Assembly (NCBI GenBank): GCA_964577975.1
Contig: CAZOBB010000026.1
Coordinates: 3,120 to 67,119, forward strand
Origin: an uncultured Thermodesulfobacteriota bacterium
Lineage (GTDB): Bacteria > Desulfobacterota > S145-22
Length of the DNA stretch: 64,000 nucleotides
Reading direction: 5' to 3'
Part shown: positions 1 to 10,208 of the stretch, one piece after another
Layout: the number at the start of each line of letters is the position of its first letter
Numbering within the stretch: the first letter of the stretch is position 1
Position numbers and translations under genes: made by a program
Notes under the pieces: generated by a model
What the model was told of the DNA's origin: nothing
Seen by the model: only the letters and a program-made list of their open reading frames with translations
Databases searched by the model: none

Positions 1-458
1 CAAAACCGGAACTGTTGGAAGAAGTCTTGGAACGTTTTAGAATCCCGCAAAAGGCGCGGAAGCGATGGCTTGAGGAACGCCGAGAGGGAATGATTCGCTT
101 GGGCCAGTTGAAAAGGAGAATAGAAAAAGGAGACTGCAGGCCAAGTTGTGTGTATGAAATGCTGGCGCCCCTCCACGTGAACACCCTCCTTTTCATGTTG
201 GCCAAGGCTCACACCCAAGAAGTGAAACGGGAGATTTCGGCGTACGTGACGACCTACAGCAAGGCAAAAATCGCTTTAAAGGGCCGTGATTTGAAAGACT
301 TGGGTATCCCGGAGGGTCCCGCGTATCAGGAGATTTTTCATACCCTTCTGATGTTGCGTTTGGATGGAATGATCGCCAGTAAACGTGACGAGATTTCTTG
401 GGTCGTGAAACACGTAAGGGATGAACGAAGTGGAAAAGGCGAAACAGAAAGTAAGTAA
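1..458 (+). CDS. C-terminal fragment of a nucleotidyltransferase-family protein (CCA-adding enzyme / poly(A) polymerase-like tail domain); 5' end lies outside the window
   Basis: The reading frame is open from nt 3 with no upstream stop, so the listed TTG at 15 is probably internal. The basic helical C-terminal region looks like tRNA-NT/PcnB tails, but my recognition of the family is weak. Confidence 0.35.
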   Translation, partial: KPELLEEVLERFRIPQKARKRWLEERREGMIRLGQLKRRIEKGDCRPSCVYEMLAPLHVNTLLFMLAKAHTQEVKREISAYVTTYSKAKIALKGRDLKDLGIPEGPAYQEIFHTLLMLRLDGMIASKRDEISWVVKHVRDERSGKGETESK

Positions 459-470
459 AAGGAGCTTGTT

Positions 471-1115
471 TTGAATCATATTATTCAACAAATTTGTATC
501 ATGGTGGTGCCCATTCTCATGGCAGTGACCTTTCACGAGGTCGCGCATGGATGGGTGGCGTATAAACTGGGGGATAGGACGGCCAAGGATGCCGGACGAC
601 TGACGCTCAACCCGATCAAGCATCTCGATCTTTTGGGAACGGTCGTGTTCTTGGTAACCCGAATGATTGGATGGGCCAAACCGGTGCCCGTCAACCCTTT
701 CAATTTCAAAGACCCGAAGAAAGGGATGGCCTGGGTAGCGATGGCAGGACCAGCCATGAATATTCTTTTGGCCGTTTTTTTTGCTTTGGTGCTCAAGCTC
801 CTTTTGCTGATTCCCATATCGAGGGATACATCGTTTTTAATGGCGGTTTTTACACCGTTGGCTCTTATGTGTAAGGTGGGAATAGTTATAAATGTAGGAT
901 TTGCGGTTTTCAACATCCTTCCTGTTCCACCGCTGGATGGGAGTAGGATTCTGGAGGGGGTGCTTCCGAAGGAAGCGGCGGCCACCTATGCCCGATTTGA
1001 ACGTTATGGGATGTTGATTCTCGTATTGCTCATCTTTACCCACGTCGTGGATTTTGTAATCTTTCCTATTATCAATTATATTACCGCGTTTTTGATGCGG
1101 ATTGTGATATTATAG
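471..1115 (+). CDS. site-2 protease family (peptidase M50) integral membrane zinc metalloprotease
   Basis: The HEVAHG (HExxH) motif sits in the first transmembrane helix, the protein has multiple hydrophobic helices, and there is an LDG motif near the C-terminus. It has a TTG start with AAGGAG 7 nt upstream. Confidence 0.8.
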   Translation: MNHIIQQICIMVVPILMAVTFHEVAHGWVAYKLGDRTAKDAGRLTLNPIKHLDLLGTVVFLVTRMIGWAKPVPVNPFNFKDPKKGMAWVAMAGPAMNILLAVFFALVLKLLLLIPISRDTSFLMAVFTPLALMCKVGIVINVGFAVFNILPVPPLDGSRILEGVLPKEAAATYARFERYGMLILVLLIFTHVVDFVIFPIINYITAFLMRIVIL

Positions 1116-1206
1116 ATATTTCAAATATGTTCGGTGGAGTATAAAAAGTTTAGTTGACAAGTATTGGTTCTTACGATATGTCCTTATGTCGTTAAAGAGG
1201 TAGCGA

Positions 1207-1226
1207 AACACTTTTTTCAAAGTGTT
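1207..1226 (+). promoter_or_regulatory. perfect 8-bp stem / 4-nt loop hairpin (AACACTTT-tttc-AAAGTGTT) in the 5' leader of the PAS kinase gene, downstream of a TTGACA -35-like hexamer at 1155
   Basis: Read directly from the sequence. It is not followed by a U-tract, so it is unlikely to be an intrinsic terminator. Confidence 0.25.
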
Positions 1227-1262
1227 GGATGAGACCAGACTTCACGTCGTGTTGCAACTAAG

Positions 1263-3551
1263 ATGATGGAAAAGAATCCTTATAAAGATTTGTTGGATGA
1301 GATTCCCGACTTTATCTTTTTTCACGATCTCGAAGGGAGGGTTGTGGATGTAAATGCTGCTGTTACGAGGCTCCTGGGGTATCGTGAGGATGAGATATTG
1401 GGACGGAAAATTGTTGAATTTTTTCATACGAATTATAGGGACGGATTCCAGGTTTTTCTGAATCGACTATTGGAACAGGGAGAGGCGGCAGGGACGGTGG
1501 TCGTTTTGGATAAAAAGGGAAAGACACGTGTCCTGGATTATCGAAGTAAAGTGATTTTTCAGAACGGAACACCGGTAGGGGTCCGCGGAATTGCCCGGGA
1601 CATCTCCGTGCGAAAGCGGATGGAGGAGGCCTTAAAAGACCGAGAAACCCTTTATCGCACACTTTTCGAAAACGCCGAGGATGCCATCTTTTTGATGGAA
1701 GGGGAATATTTTATTGATTGTAATCCCAAGGCGCTGGAGGTGTTTGGATGCAAACGTGAAGATATTTTGGGTAAGGCTCCGTATACCTTTTCTCCAAAAT
1801 TTCAGCCCGACGGGAGGTTGTCGCAGGAAAAGGCACGAGAGAAAATTGAAGCAGCGAGTGGGGGAGTATCCCAGCGTTTTGAATGGCAGCATACGCGATT
1901 AGATGGTACCCCATTCGACACAATCGTGAGTTTGTATAGAATCTCTGTGCGTAGACGGGCGATTACCGTTGCAGTGGTTCACGACATTAGTGAGTACAAA
2001 AAGGTGATTCGTGCGTTGGCGGAAAGTGAACGCCAATATAGGGAAGTAGCGGAGAATGCGAACGTGGCGATCTTGCGCTACACACCGGATGGCGTGTATA
2101 CGTTTGTAAACCGTTATGCGGAGAAACTGTTTGGCTTTTCTCGTGAAGAAGTGGTGGGAAAAAAGAATGTCGTTGGTACTGTGATTCCCAAAGAGGGCGA
2201 GGGAAGCAGGGAGCTGATTGAGATGTTTCGGGACCTGTGCCGACATCCGGAACGATATTACGAAAATGAAAATAAGAATGTGGTTAAAGGGGGGAAAACT
2301 GTTTATATCGCATGGAGGAATCAGGCAATACGGGATGAAAAAGGGGATATAAAAGAGATTCTGAGCATAGGTGCCGATGTAACGAAGATTCGGGAATTGG
2401 AAGAGGAATTGCTTCAGGCGAAAAAGCTTGAAGCGGTAGGAACCCTGGCGGGGGGGATCGCCCACGATTTCAACAACATCCTTGGCGGGATGATGGGATA
2501 CCTGTCTTTATTGAAAGAGCACCATAATCCTAAGGATCCCCATTACGAGATATTGGAAAAGATTATGGCTGCGGGAGAGCAGGCTTCTGATTTGATTAAG
2601 CAACTCCTTGCCTTTTCGAGAAGAGGAAAGTTCGAGCAAAAATTGGTTGATCTTAATCGGGTTATTCAGAGTGTCTTGGAAATCTTGAAACGGTCTATTC
2701 CCAAGAAGGTTCGAGTAGTGATGGAGCTAAAGGAAAACCTTCCGTCTATCATGGGTGATCCTTCTCAGATGGACCAGATCGTGATGAACACATGCCTCAA
2801 TGCGATCCATGCTATGCCGGAGGGGGGGATTTTAAAGATCACGACGGCGGTTGTTTCATCGGGAGACTTGCCGGCTGGGATTATTGAGGGAAATCCTGCG
2901 GAACGATACGTAGAGATGTCGATTGCGGATACGGGGATGGGGATGGATCCCTATACCAAAGAGCATATCTTTGAGCCCTTTTTTACGACGAAGACCTTGC
3001 GGGGAGGAACGGGTCTTGGACTTTCAACGGTTTACGGCATCGTGAAAAATCATGCGGGGGGTGTCAGTGTTGAGAGCGAGAAAGGGAAGGGGAGTATTTT
3101 TAGATTCTATTTGCCAGTAAAAGAGACCTTGGCAAAAAGGCAACTGATGGAAACCAAAACGCCCAATCCCGTTCGAGGTAAGGGAAAGATACTCGTGGCC
3201 GATGATGAAGAAATCTTTCGAGAGATGCTAAAGGATGTTTTGGAACATCTAGGATATGATGTGTTGCTGGCGAAGAACGGAAAAGAGGGGGTAGAGGTTT
3301 ATAAGACCCATTGCGATGAGATTGATCTGGTGATTCTTGACATGAACATGCCGGTGATGGATGGAAAAGAGATGTTTCGGGAGCTCCGGAAATATGATTC
3401 GAATGTGAAGGTGCTTCTTTCGACGGGGTTTACTTTGGACGGGGAGGTACAAGAGCTGATGGATGAAGGGGTCATGGGTTTTATCCAGAAACCCTTTCGT
3501 ATCGAGAAAATCTCTCAAGCGATAGATGCACTTATGAAATTTAGATCTTGA
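1263..3551 (+). CDS. hybrid sensor histidine kinase with multiple PAS domains, HisKA/HATPase_c core and a C-terminal receiver domain
   Basis: It has repeated PAS S-box segments, an H-box (AHDFNNILGGMMGY), N/G1/G2 ATPase boxes (e.g. GTGLGLS) and a C-terminal REC (ILVADDEE...LVILDMNMPVMDG...KPF). Confidence 0.85.
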   Translation: MMEKNPYKDLLDEIPDFIFFHDLEGRVVDVNAAVTRLLGYREDEILGRKIVEFFHTNYRDGFQVFLNRLLEQGEAAGTVVVLDKKGKTRVLDYRSKVIFQNGTPVGVRGIARDISVRKRMEEALKDRETLYRTLFENAEDAIFLMEGEYFIDCNPKALEVFGCKREDILGKAPYTFSPKFQPDGRLSQEKAREKIEAASGGVSQRFEWQHTRLDGTPFDTIVSLYRISVRRRAITVAVVHDISEYKKVIRALAESERQYREVAENANVAILRYTPDGVYTFVNRYAEKLFGFSREEVVGKKNVVGTVIPKEGEGSRELIEMFRDLCRHPERYYENENKNVVKGGKTVYIAWRNQAIRDEKGDIKEILSIGADVTKIRELEEELLQAKKLEAVGTLAGGIAHDFNNILGGMMGYLSLLKEHHNPKDPHYEILEKIMAAGEQASDLIKQLLAFSRRGKFEQKLVDLNRVIQSVLEILKRSIPKKVRVVMELKENLPSIMGDPSQMDQIVMNTCLNAIHAMPEGGILKITTAVVSSGDLPAGIIEGNPAERYVEMSIADTGMGMDPYTKEHIFEPFFTTKTLRGGTGLGLSTVYGIVKNHAGGVSVESEKGKGSIFRFYLPVKETLAKRQLMETKTPNPVRGKGKILVADDEEIFREMLKDVLEHLGYDVLLAKNGKEGVEVYKTHCDEIDLVILDMNMPVMDGKEMFRELRKYDSNVKVLLSTGFTLDGEVQELMDEGVMGFIQKPFRIEKISQAIDALMKFRS

Positions 3552-3568
3552 CGGCATCCAATGAAGAT

Positions 3569-5662
3569 TCACCCATTCTTGTTTCGTAAGGCAATACGAA
3601 CATCGAGGCAAAGGTAGCCTTTTCCTTCTTCGAAAAGTTTCAGGGGATTGATGTCAATTTGGTGAATGGAGGGGTGGTCGGTCATGAGGGAAGAGAGCTG
3701 GAGAATGGCCTTTACTAACGATTGACGGTCGAGGGGAGGACTCCCCCGGAACCCTTGAATCAGCTTGTAACCTTTGAGTTCTTTCAGCATTTCTTCGGCA
3801 TCGGCCACCGTCAGGGGAGCGATGCGCAGGGAGACGTCATCAAACACCTCGGAAAAGATTCCTCCTAGCCCGACTAGGATTATCGGGCCAAACGAAGGAT
3901 CCCTTTTCGCCCCGAGGATTATTTCCACGCCACCTTCTATCATGCTTTGGATGAGGTAACCATCTAATTTATCGGAAAGGAGGGGGGACGTTTCGATGGC
4001 GCGAACGGCAGCGGACAGGGACTGGGGGGAATCGATTCCTAGCGTGACGGCTCCGGATTCTGTTTTATGGATTGGAATCGTGGTAGAGGCCTTGACTACC
4101 ACGGGATATCCTAAGGCTTCAGCGGCCTGGACGGCATCTTCCTTGTCACGGATGAAACGGTAAGGGACTACTTTCAAATCATAGGATTGAAGGATTTCAA
4201 ATCCCTCTTCCATTCCAAGAAAGGGACGAACTGCTTTTTCGAGAAGGGAGGCAACGGTTTGCTGATCCCTTTTCATGGGAGGGGGAAGGAGAACTTCCCG
4301 GTGTTTTCGGCGGTAATGATCCCTCGAGATGGCGAGGGCCTCCATGGCGTCTTCCGGTTCCGTGAAGATGGGGAAGGGGAAGATCTGCCGCACGGCGGCC
4401 AGTTCCGCGTCGTCGGTATGATAGCGGAAGGCGATGGGTTTTCGATACTGATTGGAGAGGTTCATGACCGCGTCGATGAGTCGCCTGGAAGCGGTTTTCT
4501 CTTTGTCGCTGATGGCTGCATGTTGAAACATGATGCCATCCACATCTCTCCTCTGGATCGTATATTCGAGAATCTTCGTGTAAAGGTCAAAATCGAAAAG
4601 ATCACCCAGATCCAGGGGATTTGTGGGGTTGATGACTTTTGCCCGAAAGACCTCCCGAACCTTTTTAAGAAAGGTTTCGGGGAAGGGAACGAGTTGAAAG
4701 CCGTGTTCTTCAGCCAAGTCGGCGGCGATAATGGCGATTCCCCCTGAGCGTGAAATGACAACGAGATTGTTTCCGCGCATGGGAGGAAGGGAAAGGATCA
4801 TGGCGCTGTGGACGAATTGCCGAAAGTTTTTGACCCGGACGATACCGCATTGCTTGGCCGCCGCGTCCACGACCCGATCATCGGTAGCAAGGGCGGCGGT
4901 ATGGAATTTAGCGATTTGCCGGCTGGCCTTTCCGATGTTGGATTTGTGTAAAAGGATAGTCTTGGAGGAGCGGCGCGCAAAATCCATCAGGGCCTTGCCG
5001 TTGTGGATGCTTTCCAGGTATAGTCCGATGATCTCCGTGTTGGCATCGGTCTCCAGATAGTCTAGATAATCGATCTCGGTCAGGTCGAGTTTGTTTCCCA
5101 TGCTGACGAGCTTGTTGGGACGGACGTTCATGCTGGTGAGTTGGTGGAGATACGTCAAGGTGACCCCTCCGCTTTGGGCAAGGATGGAGATCCGTCCGGG
5201 GTGAGAGGCGAACCCTTTCAAACTGACGAAGGGACAGCAGAATCCATTTTCCATGTTGATAATGCCGATCCCGTTGGGGCCCACGAAGTGAATCCCCCAT
5301 CTTCGCGCCGTGTCTAAGACATCGGCTTCCAAGGCTTCACCTTCCTTTGAAAATTCGCGGAACCCCCCCGTTTCGATGACCAACCATTTTATACCTTTTT
5401 GACCACATTGATCCACGATATGGGGAACGGTTTTCGCCGGCGTCAAGATGACGGCCACGTCGATTCCTTCTGGAAGTTCTTCCACCGAGGAGAGGATCCT
5501 GTGCCCGAGAAGAATGCCGCCTTGACGTCCCACGAGGAAAATTTCCCCGTGGAAGCCAAAATAGAAGAGGTTTTCCGCGATCAACCTACCGAGATTGGTT
5601 TCCCGTTCCGACACGCCGATGACGGCAACCGACCGGGGGTAGAAGAGTTGGTCCATATCCAT
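3569..5662 (-). CDS. acetyl-CoA synthetase (ADP-forming), fused alpha/beta subunits (NDP-forming acyl-CoA synthetase, CoA-binding + ATP-grasp)
   Basis: The N-terminus has a CoA-binding Rossmann segment (SVAVIGVSERETNLG...VAVILTP) and a succinyl-CoA-synthetase-like flavodoxin domain, and the C-terminus is an ATP-grasp. At 697 aa it is typical of fused ACD enzymes. Confidence 0.8.
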   Translation of the reverse strand: MDMDQLFYPRSVAVIGVSERETNLGRLIAENLFYFGFHGEIFLVGRQGGILLGHRILSSVEELPEGIDVAVILTPAKTVPHIVDQCGQKGIKWLVIETGGFREFSKEGEALEADVLDTARRWGIHFVGPNGIGIINMENGFCCPFVSLKGFASHPGRISILAQSGGVTLTYLHQLTSMNVRPNKLVSMGNKLDLTEIDYLDYLETDANTEIIGLYLESIHNGKALMDFARRSSKTILLHKSNIGKASRQIAKFHTAALATDDRVVDAAAKQCGIVRVKNFRQFVHSAMILSLPPMRGNNLVVISRSGGIAIIAADLAEEHGFQLVPFPETFLKKVREVFRAKVINPTNPLDLGDLFDFDLYTKILEYTIQRRDVDGIMFQHAAISDKEKTASRRLIDAVMNLSNQYRKPIAFRYHTDDAELAAVRQIFPFPIFTEPEDAMEALAISRDHYRRKHREVLLPPPMKRDQQTVASLLEKAVRPFLGMEEGFEILQSYDLKVVPYRFIRDKEDAVQAAEALGYPVVVKASTTIPIHKTESGAVTLGIDSPQSLSAAVRAIETSPLLSDKLDGYLIQSMIEGGVEIILGAKRDPSFGPIILVGLGGIFSEVFDDVSLRIAPLTVADAEEMLKELKGYKLIQGFRGSPPLDRQSLVKAILQLSSLMTDHPSIHQIDINPLKLFEEGKGYLCLDVRIALRNKNG

Positions 5663-5677
5663 GAGTGGACTCCTTTT

Positions 5678-5961
5678 TTATAGCCAGACGGTTGTATCGA
5701 GTTCAAAGACCTTGATTCCCTTTTTCATGTCCGGATGGTTCAGGAGAAGTTCCTTGAAGGCCGTGGCGGTGGGATCGGTGACGGCCGTAAGGAGCATGGT
5801 GTTGTCCCCCGGCCAAACTTGAGATCCCATTCGGGGATGACTATGGGCCCCTTTCCCATGGACAGGAGACCATAGGGTGAATCCCTGTATGCCTTGTTCT
5901 TCAAGCACCTTGAAAACGAGTTCTTCCTTGTCCGCTTCAAAGATCATCACCAGGAGTTTCA
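5678..5961 (-). CDS. small P-II-like (GlnB/DUF3240-like) protein translationally coupled to the RND pump
   Basis: The internal Met MKLLVMIFEADKEELVFKVLEEQGIQGFTLW... has a ~94 aa beta-alpha-beta signature like P-II-fold proteins found next to RND pumps. Its ATG overlaps the pump stop codon (ATGA). The annotated 134-aa ORF is an artefactual N-terminal extension into the pump gene. Confidence 0.5.
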
Positions 5962-8900
5962 TTTCAACGATTTCCCCATGTCTTTCTTGGTAAAGAAGGT
6001 ATAGAGGACGGGTACGATGAGGAGCGTTACGAAAGTGGATACCATGAGTCCTCCTATGACGGTTATTCCCATCGGGTTCCACGCTTCGGATCCTTCCCCA
6101 CGGCTTAACGCCATGGGAAGCATACCAAAGATGGTGGTGAATGTGGTCATTAGTACCGGGCGGAGCCGTCGGCTACCCGCCACTTTGACGGCCTCGAACA
6201 GAGCGATTCCCCGCTTTCTTAAGATATTTGTGTAATCGACCAAGACAATGGCATTGTTGACGACGATGCCGATCAGCATGATGACCCCGATAAACGACAT
6301 GAGATTAAGGGTGGTGTGGGTGAGGTAGAAGGCCCACGCGACACCGACAAGGGCGAAGGGAACGGCAAACATGATTATAAATGGGTCTCGGAAGGACTCG
6401 AATTGGGCGGCCATGACCATGAATACCAGGACGATGCCTAAGAGGAAAAGGAGGTTGAGGTCACGAAAAGATTTTTGCTGTTCCTCCACGTCCGAGCCTT
6501 CCCGGATTTCTATCCCCGGGGGAATGGGAAACGTCTTCATACGCTTACGGATATCCCGCATCACTTCCCCCATGGAGCGGCCGTAGGTATCCGCGTCCAC
6601 CGTGACGATACGTTGACGATTTTTTCGATCTATCTGGATGGGGCCGTAGTGTTCGGTGATGGTTGCGACATTCCTTAATTTCACGGGTTTACCGGTCGAG
6701 GCATAGATGGTGAGATTTCCAATGTCTTCAAGGGATCTTCGATCGTTTTTGGAAAGACGCACGAAGATGTCGTAGTCGTCACCCGCGTCCCTGAATTTTG
6801 TCGGGTCGTTTCCGTAAAAGGCGGTTCGGACGGTATCGGCGATGAGGGCGACGTTTAAGCCAAGCACGGCCGCTTTCTGACGGTCGATCTTGATCCATAT
6901 TTCGGGACGTTCCCCCCTTTCCGACGTGGTGACGTCCACGGCCCCTGGAATCTTTTCAATGAGAGCTTTCAGCCGGTGAGCGATTGAAATGATGGTTTTG
7001 GAATCGCTGCCTAAGACTTCGAGGGAAATGGGTTTTCTTCCCCCCCCAAAGAAGAGCTTTTCCACAGGGCTCACCACTTGGATGGCGAGATATTTGATCC
7101 CAGGTATTTTTTCGATGTCCTTTCGGACGGCGTTGGCCACCTCCTTGACGGAGCGTTTTCGCTGGCTCTTCGGGACGAGCTTGGCCCCGACACGGCCCAC
7201 GTAACTGCCTTCTTCGAAGCCGAGAGCGGTGGCGACACCTTCACGGCTTTGTCCGACGAGGGCGTAGTAGTTGTCCAATTCTGGAATTTCCCTTTCAAAG
7301 ATGTCCATGATGCGCTTGGCGACCTTTTCGGTCTCTTCCAATCGCGTCCCCTCTTTTAATCGGAAGTTGACCTCCATATCACCGGAATCCATACTGGGGA
7401 TGAATTCGGAGCCCGTGAACCTGAAGAGGTTTATGGAGACGCCGAAGATGAGGATACCCGTAAGGATGATGAGCCAGCGATGGGAGAGAGAAAAAGAGAG
7501 GACGGAGGTATAGATCGATTCAAAGAATGTCAAAATCCTTTCTCCCAGAGAGAAAAGGAGGGAAAAAACAGGATTTTTCTTCGCTTCTTTTTTTCCCGAG
7601 CGAAGCCATGCCGCGCCAAGCATGGGAGTAAGGGTAAGGGATGTGAAGAGGGATCCCAAAAGGGTAATGGTTACGACGGCAGCCAGCTGATGGAAGATGA
7701 TTCCACTGATGCCCTTGACGAAGATGAGAGGGATAAAAACGACCACCGTGGTCAGTGTGGAGGCGGAGATGGCCAGGCCTACCTCGGACGCTCCAAAAAT
7801 GGAGGCGGAACGGGGTGTCTCCCCTTCTTCCTCGATATGGCGCATGATGTTTTCGAGGACGACAATGGCGTTGTCGACCACCATACCGATCGCGATGGAA
7901 AGACTCATGATGGATATGATGTTGATGGTATAGCCAAAGATATACAGAAAGATGAAGGCGATGATCAGGGAGAAGGGAATGGTAAGGGAGATGATCAAAC
8001 TCGAGCGGAATTTTCTTAGGAAGAGGAGGGTGATGAGGATGACGAGGATGCCTCCGAAATAGACGGTCTTGGAGAGATCCCGGATGGAGTTTCGGATGTC
8101 TCTGGCAGAGTCGATGATGATCTTGATTCGGACATCTTCAGGTATTCTCTTTTTGATTTCACGGAGCTTTGCCATGATGGCATCGACGACTTCAACCGTG
8201 TTGGCTTCGGATTGCTTCTGGATCATTAGGACCATGCCAGGTCTGCCGTCTCCCCACGCCTTTTCGATCTGTTCTTTGAAGCCGTCTTGGATCGTCGCCA
8301 CGTCCCGGAGGTAGAGAAGGTGTCCATCGTGTTCACCTATGACGAGGTTGTTCAGCTCGTTTGGGTCGTCGAATCTTCCAACGATTCGGAGGTTATAGTC
8401 GATTCGCCCTGTTTTAAGGTCTCCGGCAGGAAGGTTGAGATTTTCCGCCGCGAGAAGCCGCTTCAACCGTTGCACGGATAGATGGTAGGCCTCCAGTTTA
8501 TCTTTATGGAGAAAGACGTTGATCTGGCGTTCAAGACCCGCCCGCAAAATGACCGTTCCCACGCCGGGAACCCGTTTCAAGGGGTCTGCGATCATCTTAT
8601 CCGTGATTTGGTAAAGCTGGGGGTAACTTTCATTGGCCGTGATGGCCGCGATGACGATGGGGAAGCTGGAGCTGCTGAACTTAAAGATCAGGCTCTTTTC
8701 CACGTCGTCGGGAAGGCGGGGTTTCGCGAGATCGACCTTGTCTCTCACGTCGTTGGACGCCGTATCGAGGTTGGTCCCCCATTTGAAGGTACAGTTGACG
8801 ACGGAGAGGTTATCTTTTGAGATGGAGGTGATTTTATCGAGGTTGTTGACCGTGGTCAGTTCATCTTCGAGGTATTTTGTCACGTTCGATTCCACGTCCG

Positions 8901-9069
8901 AGGCATTGGCGCCGGGGTAAAAGGTGATGACGCTGATCACGGGAGGGGTGATCTTCGGGAGCATGTCCAGTTTCAAGCGAGTCAAGCAGAGAACACCAAA
9001 AATGAGAATGGCCGTGAATATCATGCTGATGGTAATGCGGCGTCGAACGGAAAACTCAGGAAGTTTCAC
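5959..9069 (-). CDS. RND efflux transporter permease, AcrB/HAE1-type
   Basis: The 1036-aa protein has 12 TM helices and 2 large periplasmic loops. The TM4 motif AIGMVVDNAIVVLENI resembles the AcrB LVDDAIVVVEN motif rather than the CzcA type. Confidence 0.9.
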   Translation of the reverse strand: MKLPEFSVRRRITISMIFTAILIFGVLCLTRLKLDMLPKITPPVISVITFYPGANASDVESNVTKYLEDELTTVNNLDKITSISKDNLSVVNCTFKWGTNLDTASNDVRDKVDLAKPRLPDDVEKSLIFKFSSSSFPIVIAAITANESYPQLYQITDKMIADPLKRVPGVGTVILRAGLERQINVFLHKDKLEAYHLSVQRLKRLLAAENLNLPAGDLKTGRIDYNLRIVGRFDDPNELNNLVIGEHDGHLLYLRDVATIQDGFKEQIEKAWGDGRPGMVLMIQKQSEANTVEVVDAIMAKLREIKKRIPEDVRIKIIIDSARDIRNSIRDLSKTVYFGGILVILITLLFLRKFRSSLIISLTIPFSLIIAFIFLYIFGYTINIISIMSLSIAIGMVVDNAIVVLENIMRHIEEEGETPRSASIFGASEVGLAISASTLTTVVVFIPLIFVKGISGIIFHQLAAVVTITLLGSLFTSLTLTPMLGAAWLRSGKKEAKKNPVFSLLFSLGERILTFFESIYTSVLSFSLSHRWLIILTGILIFGVSINLFRFTGSEFIPSMDSGDMEVNFRLKEGTRLEETEKVAKRIMDIFEREIPELDNYYALVGQSREGVATALGFEEGSYVGRVGAKLVPKSQRKRSVKEVANAVRKDIEKIPGIKYLAIQVVSPVEKLFFGGGRKPISLEVLGSDSKTIISIAHRLKALIEKIPGAVDVTTSERGERPEIWIKIDRQKAAVLGLNVALIADTVRTAFYGNDPTKFRDAGDDYDIFVRLSKNDRRSLEDIGNLTIYASTGKPVKLRNVATITEHYGPIQIDRKNRQRIVTVDADTYGRSMGEVMRDIRKRMKTFPIPPGIEIREGSDVEEQQKSFRDLNLLFLLGIVLVFMVMAAQFESFRDPFIIMFAVPFALVGVAWAFYLTHTTLNLMSFIGVIMLIGIVVNNAIVLVDYTNILRKRGIALFEAVKVAGSRRLRPVLMTTFTTIFGMLPMALSRGEGSEAWNPMGITVIGGLMVSTFVTLLIVPVLYTFFTKKDMGKSLK

Positions 9070-10208
9070 TTTGTATTATCCCCATGAATGATTTGAATCT
9101 TCTTGCCCGTTTTCAAGCGCGCGTTTCCAAGAACCACTACTTTGTCTCCTAGCTGGAGTCCTTTCGTAACCTGAACAAGGTCGTCTTGCCTGATCCCCGT
9201 TTCCAAGTTTACTTTTTGGACGGAATCTCCGACGACCTTGAAGGCATAGAAGATACCCGTTCCTGGGATCTTGAGGAGGGCGCTTCGCGGAATGACAAGT
9301 CCCTTTATCTTTCTCACGAATATTTTCACGCGGACAAACATTCCTGCCCGAAACGTGTCCTCGGGATTGGGAAGGGTGATTTCAATCTTGAAATTCCTCG
9401 TGACGGGATCGATGGCAGGAAGGATTTTGGTGACGCTTCCCGTGAAGGTTTGCCCAGGAAGTGCGTCAAAATTCATCTCCGCCGTTGCCCCTCGTTTGAG
9501 GTAGGGCAATTCCTTTTCGGGAATGTCGGCCACGACTTTGACCCTTGACGTATCCATGAGAATCATCAGAACGGTGGGAGGCATGGTATACACCCTATCT
9601 CCCGGATCCACCAGCCGCCGACTTATGATGCCATCGAAGGGAGCGTAGATCTTCGTGTGTTTGAGATTCGTCGATGCCATCTCTAATGCGATCTTTGCCC
9701 TTGCGACGCGAGCTTCCGCCAATTCTTTGAAAACCCGGGCTTTTTGATATGTGGCGTTCATGTGGTCCCACTTTTGTTTTGCGATAACCTTTTTCTCGAA
9801 CAGGCGCCGATACCGGATCCAATCCGATTGTGCCTCTTGAAAGGCTATTATGGCCTCTTTCAGAGAGAGCTTGGCAGCCTTCAAAGCCGCTTTCGCGTTT
9901 TTTACGGCAAGGTGGTAGTCCACGGCCTCCAACTCTGCCAATAGTTCTCCTTTATGCACGTGAGCGCTTTCCTGAACAGGAATGCGGAGTATCTTCGCCG
10001 GTATCTTGGATTTGATTTGAACGGTAAGATTGGGTTTGACGGTTCCCACCCCCGTGACGCTTACCCACAACTCTTTTTCTTGGACGGTTGCCACCTTGAC
10101 GGGAATGGGTTTTTCCCTTTCTTCTTTGGTGGACGTGTCCTTGGCTCGGCACCCCCCCAAGACCACCATGAGAGAGAGGATGAGAGGTATGAAAAGGGAT
10201 TTTTTCAC
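9066..10208 (-). CDS. RND efflux periplasmic adaptor (membrane fusion protein, HlyD/AcrA family), lipoprotein
   Basis: It has a lipobox-like N-terminus (LGGC), coiled-coil and beta-barrel regions, and a 4-nt overlap with both neighbours. Confidence 0.85.
   Translation of the reverse strand: MKKSLFIPLILSLMVVLGGCRAKDTSTKEEREKPIPVKVATVQEKELWVSVTGVGTVKPNLTVQIKSKIPAKILRIPVQESAHVHKGELLAELEAVDYHLAVKNAKAALKAAKLSLKEAIIAFQEAQSDWIRYRRLFEKKVIAKQKWDHMNATYQKARVFKELAEARVARAKIALEMASTNLKHTKIYAPFDGIISRRLVDPGDRVYTMPPTVLMILMDTSRVKVVADIPEKELPYLKRGATAEMNFDALPGQTFTGSVTKILPAIDPVTRNFKIEITLPNPEDTFRAGMFVRVKIFVRKIKGLVIPRSALLKIPGTGIFYAFKVVGDSVQKVNLETGIRQDDLVQVTKGLQLGDKVVVLGNARLKTGKKIQIIHGDNTK

Noticed and set aside
5678-6082. 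134-aa annotated ORF as a full-length protein
   Set aside because: The first 40 codons overlap the RND pump C-terminus in another frame. The conserved P-II-like sequence begins at the internal ATG that overlaps the pump stop, so the short form is preferred.
7480-8019. 179-aa and other 60-120 aa ORFs antisense to or out of frame within the RND pump, rmuC (19673-20268), speE (31578-32210), nuoL (61083-61955) and elsewhere
   Set aside because: They are embedded in long genes with strong family signatures on the other frame/strand. Their compositions are low-complexity (Gly/Arg/Pro/His-rich) and they lack SD or start context, so they are treated as spurious.
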